Source: Fonticula alba ATCC 38817
Taxonomy: Eukaryota; Protista; Nucleariida
Length of the DNA: 44,429 bases
Reading direction: 5' to 3' (one strand)
Assembly: GCA_000388065.2 (NCBI GenBank)
Contig: KB932207.1
Positions 26,769 through 37,566 of this stretch are shown one piece after another. A program made the translations under genes and the position numbers. Position 1 is the stretch's first letter, and each line of letters opens with the position of its first letter. The notes below the pieces were generated by a model. It ran no database searches, was not told the DNA's origin, and was given only the letters and a program-made list of their open reading frames with translations.

Positions 26769-28514
26769 AGGGGCCGGGAGGAGAGAACACACGTACATGT
26801 TGCGTTGAGCACCGGATGAGGTGGGACTCGGGGATTGCGAGTGCCAGGAAAATGGGGCTAGACGGCCGGAGGATGGGCAACTGGGGGCGTGATCATTTCC
26901 AAATGAATGTCAGGGGCATCGTGGGCGTTGCCCCGGTGCCAATGGACACCGGGTGACCTCTGGCCGGGCGGGGTGCTGGATTCTGTTGCTGTTTGTCCGC
27001 TCGGAGCGGAAGCTCTCAGGGGGGAGGGGGGGGGGGGAACAGATTGTTCTGGATCCGAGCAGAGCCCCAGCGTCAGGGTGATGCTCCTTCTTCTCATCCG
27101 AAGGATGGATTCGAAAGGCTTCAGTGTCCATCACAGCACCGGGATGGTGGGGGGCGTCTTTCATGAAAGGCCCCAGCATGCGGGTTTCCCCAGGGGGGCG
27201 GCACACACACCATCGGGTGTGGTGCCGGTCTGTGTGCGCTGCCGGAGGATATAGTGGTCCAGCAGCAAGGAGACACCAAAAGCCGGGCTTCGAGCATCGA
27301 TGGGTCGAAATAAAAGTGCGACAATACAGGCAGATTGAAGTGGAGACATACAGGCCCCTGGTTCGAGGGCTACATCCGAGGGGGGGAGCCGGCCCAGAGA
27401 CCGGAGGAAATGGGCTGACCCTCAAAGCCCTGTGACACTGCGCGCTTTGCGCCGGTTCGTGGGACCTGTGCTGATGTGCCGGACCACTCCTGCTGGCCGG
27501 TTGACGGCGAACGAAACAACATTGTTGCCAGCCTCATGAGACTCCCGGATCACCCCCCCCCGGTAATGTACACAAACGATATGCCCACACTAATCAGTCC
27601 GACGCACACCACGTGCCGCAATTACTGACTGGCATCCTTGTCGGCCATTTGCCCGGACGCCTGACCCGAATGTGCTCTGTCGAAAGAATCCCCGAGTGCG
27701 ATACACGCCCGATATGCCCTTTCCCCAGGCCCAGGATGATGCTCTCCTGTATGTGGGGGGGCGGGAGGCAGACCGGACCGGTGGTGAGGCGGGCAGTGTC
27801 GTTTGCGCGATCTCCGCCGGCCCCCGCGTCCTGGCCGTGCGCAAGGTTGCTTCTGACAAACGCCCGGGCCGGTGTCGGCGGCCGGTACGATCATCCCCAG
27901 GCGTGGGCTTGACGCTGGCCGATCGGCCTTCCCGAGCTGTTGCCGGGAGGGCCGGGCGAGGCGCGTGCCGCGTCTGGTTGGCGCGATCAGCCCCCTCTCG
28001 GCCAGCAAGCAAACATCGCCCGCACGGACATGGCTTTTATTTGGTCCATGTCCGGGCCGATTACCGAGTTTGTTTGGGTTCCACACATGTTGAACAGCTT
28101 GCGACTCTGGGGGGACGCTGACCGGCGACTGGCCGGCTGGCTGGCTAGCGCGTCCGGCGACTTGGCCCAGCCGGCCCTTCTCCGCTGTGGTCTCCCCCCC
28201 CCCCCCCCCGGGCCACACGCCCTCTGTTCCGAGCCGGGACGGGTGTCATTGACACTTGGGTGCATGCCCTCCCGCACAGGTGCCCAGGCCGGGCCTTTGG
28301 CAACACAACTTACGCGATCGCGGGCTGTGGCTCCGAGTGTGGTGCGAGGCTGTCGCATCCGCCCCCCCCCCCCCTGGGGGTGGGGGAGAACAGGGTGGTG
28401 GCTGACCCGGCCTTTATACCGCACCACCCCGACTCGCCAATCTGGTTCGACCAGGACCGCACAACCAATTTTCTTGCGTCCTTTCCCCGCTCGCTCCGCT
28501 GCCCTCCACCCGGC

Positions 28515-28550
<36 letters not shown>

Positions 28551-28575
28551 CTCCTGTCCCACGTCAACACACACC

Positions 28576-30519
28576 ATGTCCTCCAGTCGTCCTGCGGCCC
28601 ACTTTGCCGATCTTCCTGCCGAGCGCGTCAGCACTCTAGCTTCGCACCTGGCCCAGCCTGCCCGGCTGCCTGCCCGTGCGTGCTCGTTTTCCCCGTCCTC
28701 CGGCCCCACTGAGCCTCTCCTGTCCCTCTCCTGCCTCTCTCGGGCTATTTGGTGTGTTCCTGACTTCATCCCCTCCTCCTCTCCTCTCTCTCCCTCTCTG
28801 GCGCCCGCTGGATGCAGCTGCGCGTGCCCCGGCCCATCCGGACGATGTGGTCATCGTGAGCGCCGTGCGCACACCAATCACCCGGGCTCGCAAGGGAATG
28901 CTGAAGGACGCTTTCGCTGAGCAGATGCTGGCCGCCGCTCTGGCCGGCTGCCTGGAGCGCTCGGGCTTGTCGCGCGATCGTGTGCATCTGGTGCAGGACA
29001 TCCAAGTCGGGACGGTCCTGCCTCCCGGTGGCGGGGCCACGGCCGCCCGGCAGGCGGCCCTCTACGCCGGGTTCCCCGTGTCCACCTCGGTGGCAACATG
29101 TAATCGCCAGTGCGCCAGTGGCCTGCAGGCCGTGGCCAACATCGCAGCGGCCATTCGCTCGGGCTTCATCGACATCGGCATCGGTGCCGGTGTCGAGTCC
29201 ATGACCATGGTACGCACAGGCAAAGGCCGGCATCTCTCTCTTTCTCTCTCTCTTTCTTTCTCTGGTCCTTCTCCTGATTGACCCTCCCCCCCCCCTGGTA
29301 CATGTGTGTCTGGGTATGCCTCCCTTTAGCACTATGGTCCTGGGGCCATGCAGGAGTTTTGGGAGGGCGGCTTCGATAGCTGTCCGCAGGCCGAGGACAC
29401 TACCCTGCCGATGGGCGATACATCGGAGAATGTGGCCCGGGACTTCAACGGTGCGCGGCTTTCCCCGTCCCTCCTCGCCTTTTTCCGGTTCCCTGTGCCA
29501 TTCCTCCCCCCGTCCTCGGACTCGTCTCACCGGCCTCCGCACACAACCATCCACCCCCCCCCCCCCCTCTCTCTCCACCCCCCCCCTCCGTAGATCGCGG
29601 TCCCGTCGCTTGCTTCCGTGATGCGCACGCAGACGCCCGCACATTGCGCCGGCAATCCGACATGCCCATTGCCGGCGACCGGGTGGCCTTCGTTGAGCAC
29701 AGCCGCCCGATGCCGGCCCGGGCAGGCAGAGACCGTCGCCCGGGGCAAGACGGCCTGCCCGGGCCGGCACCCCATGAGCAATGCCGCCCCCCCCCCCCTC
29801 TCTCTCCACCCCGCACTTACCGGTGGCCCCCGCAAATAGTTTCCCGCCAAGAGCAAGACCGCTTTGCGTTGGCGTCACACCAGCGTGCCGCGGCGGCCCA
29901 AGCAGCCGGCCTCTTCCGGCAGGAGATTGTCCCCGTCATCTTCCAGGATGCCAGTGGCCAAAAGGTCACCGTCTCTCAGGATGATGGCATTCGCGGTGAC
30001 ACGACGGCCGCGGCGCTGGCCGCCCTGCGGCCGGCCTTCGCCGAGGATGGAACCACCACCGCCGGGAACTCCTCGCAGGTGAGCGATGGCGCGGCGGCCG
30101 TCATGCTGGCCCGGCGCAGGGTCGCCATCAAGATCGGCCTGCCGATCCTGGCCCGATTCATTGCCTTCCGCACGGTCGGTGTCGAGCCGCGCATCATGGG
30201 GATCGGCCCCGTGGCTGCCATTCCGGCGGTCTTGAAGCAGGCCGGCTTGAATAAGGATGACATCGACATCTACGAGATCAATGAGGCCTTTGCCTCGCAG
30301 GCGTGCTACACGGTGCGCGAGCTCCGTCTCAATCCGGACAAGGTCAATCCTCTGGGCGGTGCCATTGCCCTGGGGCATCCGCTTGGCTGCACTGGCGCCC
30401 GGCAAATCGCCACCCTCCTGCCTCAGCTCCAGGCCCGGCGCCTGCGCTTCGGATGCACGTCCATGTGCGTGGGTACCGGCATGGGCGCGGCCGCGGTCAT
30501 CGAGAATGAGCTCCTGTGA
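28576..30519 (+). CDS. ACAA1: Peroxisomal 3-ketoacyl-CoA thiolase (ACAA1/POT1 type); exons ~28576-28674, 28819-29209, ~29329-29450, 29840-30519
   Basis: DDVVIVSAVRTPI, NRQCASGLQA (catalytic Cys), GVESMT, ENVARDFN|VSRQEQD, TTAGNSSQVSDGAAA, EINEAFASQ, NPLGGAIALGHPLGCTGARQ, SMCVGTGMGAAAV. N-terminal PTS2 RVSTLASHL. Confidence 0.95.
29642..29783 (+). other. Candidate structured RNA element in thiolase intron 3
   Basis: Three adjacent hairpins (a 9-10 bp perfect stem, an 8 bp stem with one G-U, a 17 bp perfect stem) enclosed by a 6-bp CATTGC/GCAATG helix. Pairings were read by eye; function is unproven. Confidence 0.5.
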
Positions 30520-31212
30520 GGAGGAGCACGAGGGGTTGCCCCATGTTGGCAGAAAAGGCCACCAGGCAAACCGACCCCCCCCCCCCCCTCCCGCCCTCGT
30601 GGGGGCAAACCAGATTGACAGTGCTTTTACCTCTAGTTCTCTCTCCCTCTCTCTCCCTCTCCCTCCCTCTCTCTCTCTCTCTCTCTGTCTCCCTCCCCCC
30701 TCTTCTCCTCCGCTCTCCCTCTGTGACCCAGCGAGGAACAGCGCGCAAAGTTTTCGTGCTTTCAACAGTTCGAGTCGCATGCAAACACGCGCAGACACAC
30801 ACACATACACACCACACAAGCACAGGTATATGATTTATGGGTTTGTTTTTTTGCCCTGCCCCACTGGAGGCGCGACTCACAAGTTGGGCACTTGCACCAG
30901 CGGAGACAGGAAGAGAGGAGGGAGCAAAGGAGGGTGGAGGGGAGCAAATGTCAAGGTGATTACAGGGATGGGAGGGAGGGAGGTGAAGAGAGGAAGCCGG
31001 AGCAGCAGCAGCAGCAGCAGCACAAAGAGGGCCCGCTGGGAACACATGTATCGAAGTCTAAAGGCAATTGTCGCACGGGCCAGGCAGGGGCACAGCACAG
31101 CAGAAGGGGGAGGGAGGGAGAGGCGTGGGCCGGAGGCTGCCAGGCCAAAAGGGGAGTTTTCTTCCCTCCTCGCTCTCTTCCCCAGGTCATCCCTTTTGTC
31201 CTTGCTCGCTAT

Positions 31213-32280
31213 CTAGCCACCGAAGGTGCTGCGCAACTGGCTGAACGACTGTGAGGAGCAGTCGATCGAGGCCCGGAAGTTGGATTCCGTCCCGGCCATC
31301 GGGGCAAAGGGCGACAGGGGCACCGCGGTTCCCCCGGTGGCGTTGGCATCGGCACTGCCATATGCATGATGATGGGCACGCTCGTTGATGCTGGAGTCGC
31401 TTCGAGCGAAGTTGCTCTCCGGGCAAGCAGCCGCGCCGGTTGGCGAGCTCATCCCCGGCGAAGAGCCGGGCTCCGGCGTGGAAGCCAGCGACAGCGAGTG
31501 TGCCGAGTTCGAGTACTGCAGCGGCGGCGTGGCCGATGAGGGCGAAGCCAAGTGCGACCCGGACAGGTGGTCCGGGGCGGTGGCCAAGTGCGATGAGGGG
31601 CCACCCGCATGGGGGCCGGCTGCTGAGGGTCCGGTCGGATGCGGGGCCGTGGTCGACAGCGGCGTCAGCAGCAATCCCCCCGGAGACACGAGCACCGGCG
31701 GGGGGGCCATCCCGGTCGGGGTGGACACCTGTGTGGCGGACACGGGCTGCTGGTGGTGGAGATGCGAGTGCATATCCGGGCTGTAGAGCAGGGGGGTGGT
31801 GATGATCGGCGATACAGGAGCCCCAGCCCCGGCACCGGTGTGATGTTGGTAGTGCCCGCCACCGGAGCCATGCAGGGCAGGCGGCGGCGTGGAGACGGCC
31901 GTCGCGCCGGCAGATGCGCTCCCCCCGGGGGCGAAGTCCAGCGGGCCCCCCACCTGATTGGTGGCCACCGCCTCGTCCTGGGCTGCCTGGAGGACCTTAA
32001 GACGGTCGCGCTCCACGCGCAGGCGCTCGGCGCGTGCCTGAAGCTCACGACGCTCGCGCTCGATGCGTTCATGCTCGGCGTTCAGGGTAGCCGCCGCCGA
32101 GGGGGTGCCGAGGAGCTGGCTGGTTGGCCGGGCACGGTCGGTCACATGCAGACGCAGGCGGTCGAACTCGTCGTTGACCGCATGGCGCGCGCGCTCGGTC
32201 TGCAGGTCCTGATGCAGGCGCTTGATGGACTCCACCAGTCGGGGGATGAGGGACATGGCACGGGCCTCCTTGGCATCGCG
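31213..32280 (-). CDS. Coiled-coil plus Pro/Ser/His low-complexity exon; either the terminal exon of the 33707 gene or a separate gene starting at ATG 32256
   Basis: Acceptor TTTGACAG at 32281 followed by the open frame RDAKEARAMSLIPRLVESIKRLHQDLQTERARHAVNDEFDRL...ERIERERRELQARAERLRVERDRLKVL. Codon usage looks like the conserved genes in this window. Confidence 0.6.
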   Translation of the reverse strand, partial: RDAKEARAMSLIPRLVESIKRLHQDLQTERARHAVNDEFDRLRLHVTDRARPTSQLLGTPSAAATLNAEHERIERERRELQARAERLRVERDRLKVLQAAQDEAVATNQVGGPLDFAPGGSASAGATAVSTPPPALHGSGGGHYQHHTGAGAGAPVSPIITTPLLYSPDMHSHLHHQQPVSATQVSTPTGMAPPPVLVSPGGLLLTPLSTTAPHPTGPSAAGPHAGGPSSHLATAPDHLSGSHLASPSSATPPLQYSNSAHSLSLASTPEPGSSPGMSSPTGAAACPESNFARSDSSINERAHHHAYGSADANATGGTAVPLSPFAPMAGTESNFRASIDCSSQSFSQLRSTFGG

Positions 32281-32622
32281 CTGTCAAATGACAGGCATGC
32301 AGGGGGGCGCATTGGAGAGGGTGGAGAGGGAGAGAGAGCGGCATTCCAAACAGACACACGATGGGGAACAAGTGGAGAAGGGGGGAGGGGGATGGGGATG
32401 GGGATGGATATGGGCGTGTGGGTACAAACGGGGGAGGGAAGGACAGACGGATGTGGAGAAGGGGAGCATGTGTGTGTGTGTGTGTGTGTGTGTGGAGGGG
32501 GGGGGGGGAGTCGGTGAGCACGAGTCGGGCGGCGGAGGAGAGGGCGGAACGCACGCGCGTCGCGCCCTCGCACTCTCGCTCTCGCAGCGAGAAAAGGGGC
32601 AGAGAGAGGGGAAGGGAGGCCC

Positions 32623-33707
32623 TCAGCAGTGCCACCGGAGCCCGAGCACGGCCGCCGCCAGGGCCACCGCCGCCAGGGCAGTCACCCCGAGGTAAAGCCA
32701 CCACCGCTGGCTGGAGCGCACCTCCAGAATCTCGTAGGCCAGAGTCTGGCACCGGTCGAAGAGGGCCCCATTCTCGCCCTCAAGGTGCTGGATGCGCTTC
32801 ATGCGGTCTTCAATGGTGATGACGGCCTGCTGGGCGAGCTTGTTGCTGCGCTCCTTCAGTTCCATGTACTGGGCCTCCCAGTCGACCGACGGGGCGGATC
32901 CGGCGTCGGTGCTCGGCATCAGGGGACTGGCGTCGCCGGACTCGGAGCCGGGTCCCAGGGGTCCGGGCCCGGCGGCACTCGTCAGCGAGGCCAGCAGATT
33001 GTCGTCGATGGTAGGTAGGGTCAGGCTGGAGAGGGACTCGCCGCGCGAAACGGCCAGCTCCTCGCGCAGTTTGACCACCTGCAGGTTGAGGCGGACGTTC
33101 TCGGCCTTCAGCAGGTCGACCAGGTGGTTGGACGGGTCGTTCTCATCATCCGGCCCGAGGGCGGCAGGGGGCTGATCGAGCTACCAGGGGGGGGGGAGGA
33201 GGACGGGGAGCAGGGCGCGAGCGGGCCCACGAGTCAGGGGGACATCCGGAAGAGGCGGAGGGGGGGGGGGGTAGGGAGCGGGCATCGTGAGGGCGACCAC
33301 ACACCTCGAGGCTGGTGTCGGTGGTGCTTCCATTGTTGGAGAGGCTGAGCAGGATGGTTTCGCCGGACTGGAGGAGGATGTCGAAGGAGTTGTCGCTGGG
33401 AGTTTGGCTGGACAGGTTGCTGGACTTGCTGCCGAAGAAGGACTTGTTCAGGAGCGGCTTGGGGAAGAGGGGGGGGGGGGAGGGCGGGGGAGGACGGTGA
33501 GTGGAGGGGAGGGTGCAGAAGGTATGCATGCGCTGTGGCCATGTGCATGGGTGCATGGGCGTGCACTGCAGGGGAAGCATGCGAGCATACCCGCTTGAAG
33601 AGGGAGGATGAGCTACCCGAGCCACCTTCGCCTGGGGAGTTTAGCGAGGAGCTGGACGTGGTCGAGGTGGCAGAGGACGCCGAGCGGCGGTGAAACAGTG
33701 AGGCCAT
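32623..33707 (-). CDS. Uncharacterised Ser-rich/coiled-coil protein, upstream part; if unspliced it ends in a hydrophobic tail (WWLYLGVTALAAVALAAAVLGL)
   Basis: MASLFHRRS...LFKR|PLLNKSFF...DTSLE|LDQPP...VDLLKAENVRLNLQVVKLREEL...YMELKERSNKLAQQ joined by phase-0 GT-AG introns. It has heptad-like segments. I recognise no family. Confidence 0.6.
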
Positions 33708-35814
33708 TGTGCGATCCGGAGCCGACGCTCTCCGCGTGGTGGGGCGATAGCTGGGCGGGGAGGAGGGGTGTCCTTTCCTCGAAGTGGGCGGAGCACAGAG
33801 GGTAATAAAAATGCAAGCGGGCGACCGACTTGGAGGGTGACGGGTGCAGGGAGATCGAGTGGAGGCGCGGGTGGGGGGGCGTGTGGCAGGGGGCTTGGAG
33901 GGGACAGAGGAGGGGGAGGGGGGGGGGGAATTGTCGCGGCAACCCGCGACGGAAGGCCTCCAACAACGGTCCCACAAGAGGCGCCAAGCGCGGGAGAGGA
34001 GGCGGCCGGATTCCGGTGCCCCTGCCCCCTGGTCCCTGGTCGATGCACTCCTCTCGCGGTGGAGGATCTCCCCCCTGGGCGGGTGCTTGTGCGGGCTGTT
34101 CACGCATCACCCATGCGATGTCCGAGCGCGAGGCCGCGGTTGTTCTCAGGCGGACAGGATCGCGGCGAGAGCCCATCCTCCTCCCCCGGCCGTCCAGCCG
34201 GGGGGGGGGGGGGGCGGAGGGCCCCAACGCCGAAGAGCGCGCACGCACACACACGCACACATCTTCAAACAGGGCTCCCCCTCCTGCGCGACATCAGGGG
34301 GCCTCTGTACGGGGGGGAGCCGACTTTTGGGGGCGGGGGCCGCGCCAAGGGGGCTCCTGGGGCAATTCAATTTGAACCCGCCGTCCGAGGGCTCCAGGTC
34401 CCGGGCCGGGACCGGGCGCAGGGCAGAGGGGCGCCGGGAGCCGGCTCGCGCCTCGACCGCCGGCAACGGCCTCGGCTGGGAGGAAGGTCCTCCAGGACCC
34501 CGGGGCCAGACCGCGACGCTCTGACGGATGTTGCCCAACAGCCCCGGGGACAGGGAGACGCGCGTGTGGCCTCGAGCTCTGGCAGCGATTACCGCCTCCG
34601 GTGTCCCCTGGCAGGCCCCAGGGGGGCGGCGTGGGGAGGGGGGGGGTCGGGCCACGGGCCGGTGGCTGCCCCTGCCGCCATCTCGGTGGCCGGCCGCCGC
34701 GCGTGGAATGCTCGTCAACCAGCCCCCTCGGGGTAGTGGATGCTCCAAAGTGCCCGCCCCCTCCTGCGCTTCTGGCCTCCTCTTGCCCGGGGGGGAGGGG
34801 GATGGGGCCGGGCGAGGAGGGTCGGCAGCCATCTGGCCCGGGGCAGGGGTGGGACGCACTTCTCCCCCCCCCCTTCCCCCCGCCCCGCTCCCCCCTTGGT
34901 TGTTGTTTTTTGTTGTTATTGTACCGGTCCTCCCGTGGTCGGGCCGCTCTGGAAACCGGCGAGTACCCCCGAATCGGTGCATCAAAGCAGACCGACCGGT
35001 GCGGGAGCTAGATATACAGGGTCCGAGCCGCGTCCCCCCGCCCCCCAGTGTTCCTCTCCCTTGCTGACCGGACAGGCTACCGCTCTGCCCCTCCCTGCAG
35101 CAACAAATTGAAAGGGGCGAAGGGGGCGGGGCGGGGACGGCCGGCGGCCGGGCGCCGGAAACGGGCGCGAGGGGGTCCTCCTCTCAGGGCGCCGGGGGAG
35201 GGGGATGGAAGGCCCTCCCCTCCCCCCTGTCCCACCCCGCCCCGAGGGGCGGGGCGCGCGAGGAGCCGAGCCTGCGTACACCTCTCGCAGCACAAACCGG
35301 AGGCGAAGCAATCTTTCGCCCCTTCTCCGCCTCGCCCAGTCCCCAAACCAAGGCTGTTCCTGGGCGTTGCGTTCGCCCAGGCGCCTCTCGATGGGTCATT
35401 TACGGGACGCGCTCCCTCGCGCGGCCCGACGCCCCGGCCGGCCGAGGGGCTCTAACGGAGCCGGCAAAAGCAGACGTGCACCTCCGCCACGTACCCGGGC
35501 CCAACGCCAGTTGAGTGTCCCCCGCCTGCCCGCCTCTCGCACATTAACCGAGATATCAGAGCCGTGCTTGCGCCGGCCCCGGACGGGCGGGAGAAGGGGG
35601 GCACACTTTCTCCCGGCCGGCGCGCTGGGCCTCCCCGTGCCACTACCCCGAGGTTTTCGCTTCGCAGGGGACGCGGTCAAAGGATCGGCACGTGATGTTG
35701 GTTCCGAATATCATGTGCACAGCACGCCGGGAATATATTTCTGCTCCAGGCAAGAGGGAAAGCACGGGCGGGAGGCAGGGGGGGGGCGGGAGAGACCGGG
35801 GCCCCGGGGATGAA

Positions 35815-37535
35815 CTAGAACCGGCGATCATTGCCGCGGCGGCCATAGAACCTCTGGGCGCCACCTGTGGAGGATGGCGAGCGAGAGCGCGAGCGTGACC
35901 GGTGGTAGCGGTCGCGATAGCCACTGGCATTGGCCCCGGGCGAGGGGGACCGCCGGGGCGAGGGGAAGGACGCCGGCCGTGACCGGTGATATGTGGACGA
36001 GGAGGGGGGCGAGCGCGAGCGTGACCGGTGGTGCGAGGAGGAGGGCCCCCGCCGGCGCGAGGGGGAGGGGGAATACCCGCGACGCGGGCCACCGCTGTCC
36101 GATGGAGAGCGTGAGCGTGAGCGGGATCGACCTCCTCTCCCGGGCCGGTAGGTGGATCCGCTGCCACCCCGGTCGGCGGTCGGGCCGCCGGCATAGCGAT
36201 CCACAGGACGGCGGTCGGCCGGCCGGTGGGGACTGCGCGAACGAGAGCGCGACCTTGACCAGCGCTGTGACCGCGGAGGAGACCGGGACCGAGACCGGGA
36301 CCGAGACCGGGACCGGGACCGGGAGACATGTCGCCGGCGTTGCCGCGAAGAGGGCGAGGCAGTGGCGGGGGAGAACGACCGGGCCGGGCTGGCGGGGCGC
36401 CGGGGGGCGGGGCGCCCGCGCGAGGGGGAGCGTGACCTCGAGCGCGAACGCGCCGGACGAGCATCACTGCGATCTGCCCGATCGCCGGGGCGTCGCGAGG
36501 GGGACCCCGTCACCGGCGGGGCCGGGGCCAAGGGGGCCCGCCGAGGCCCGGCATCCTCCGAGGGGTCACCTCGATGACGCCGAGAGGGAGTATCACGCGA
36601 TGTGGTACCAGCACCGCGCGATGGAGTCGATTGCGATGGGAAGGAGGGAGAAGAGGCTGAAGTGGTCGAGGAGGAGGAGGGGGCAGGTGTTTTGGCGGAC
36701 TTGCCAAACCTGGCCGGAGGGTCGGTCGATGTGGTGCCACCGCCGCCGGAGGGGGTGGCGCGCTGGCTGGGTGCGGCCGAGCGCCGGTCAGATGGAGTGG
36801 TGTCCCCGGGGCCGGGGGAGGCGGCGGCGGCGGCGGCAGCGGCGGCCGCCTCACGACGTCCGAGACGCCGCTGCTCGTTGTATGCCCGCCGGGCGTTGAC
36901 GATGAACTTCCGACACATATCGGCGCCGGGCAGGGTCTGTGGGATGGAGAGCCGGTCAGTGGACAGCGAGGTTGGCTGGAGAGGGAGAGACGGGGAGAGC
37001 CAGCATGATGTGACGCACCATCAGGAGCCGAAGCACCGTCGGATCAGACAAGCCAAAGAGATCCGGCGCGGTGAGGGTGTTGTTGACCACGGCCACGGTC
37101 AGCGCTCCGGGTGGAGGTGCCATACCGATGGCGGTCGTCCCGGGGGGGGCCACGCCCGAGGACAGCGGTGTCACCACACGCTCATAGGGCGAGGGCTTGT
37201 TGAAAACATCGTCAAGGTCCTCGAAAGAGGAGGCCAAGCCAAGCTGCTCGCGAGCCTTGACAATCTCATTCTGGATCTCTGTGGATGGCAAGCCCGGTGG
37301 CGCACGGGAGGTCAGTCGAGGAAGAGACTGGGCGAAAAAAGGCGAGGGCCCTCGAAGACGCACGCTTCCAGCTTTGGATGATGCTGTTGGTGACGAAGAG
37401 CTTCTTGGGCTGGTCCAGGGCGTGGATGGAGAACTATCCAGCAGCAGGAGCAGGAGCAGCAGCAGCAGCAGGAGCAGGAGCAGCAGCAACAGCAGCAGCA
37501 GGAGCAGGAGCAGCAGCAGCAGCAGCAGCAGCAGG

Positions 37536-37566
<31 letters not shown>

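Noticed and set aside
29594-29790. TPP or cobalamin riboswitch, or H/ACA snoRNA, identity for the thiolase intron element
   Set aside because: There is no CUGAGA/TPP core. Resemblance to a B12 box (GAGACC) is only superficial, and there is no properly placed H box or terminal ACA. The identity is left open.
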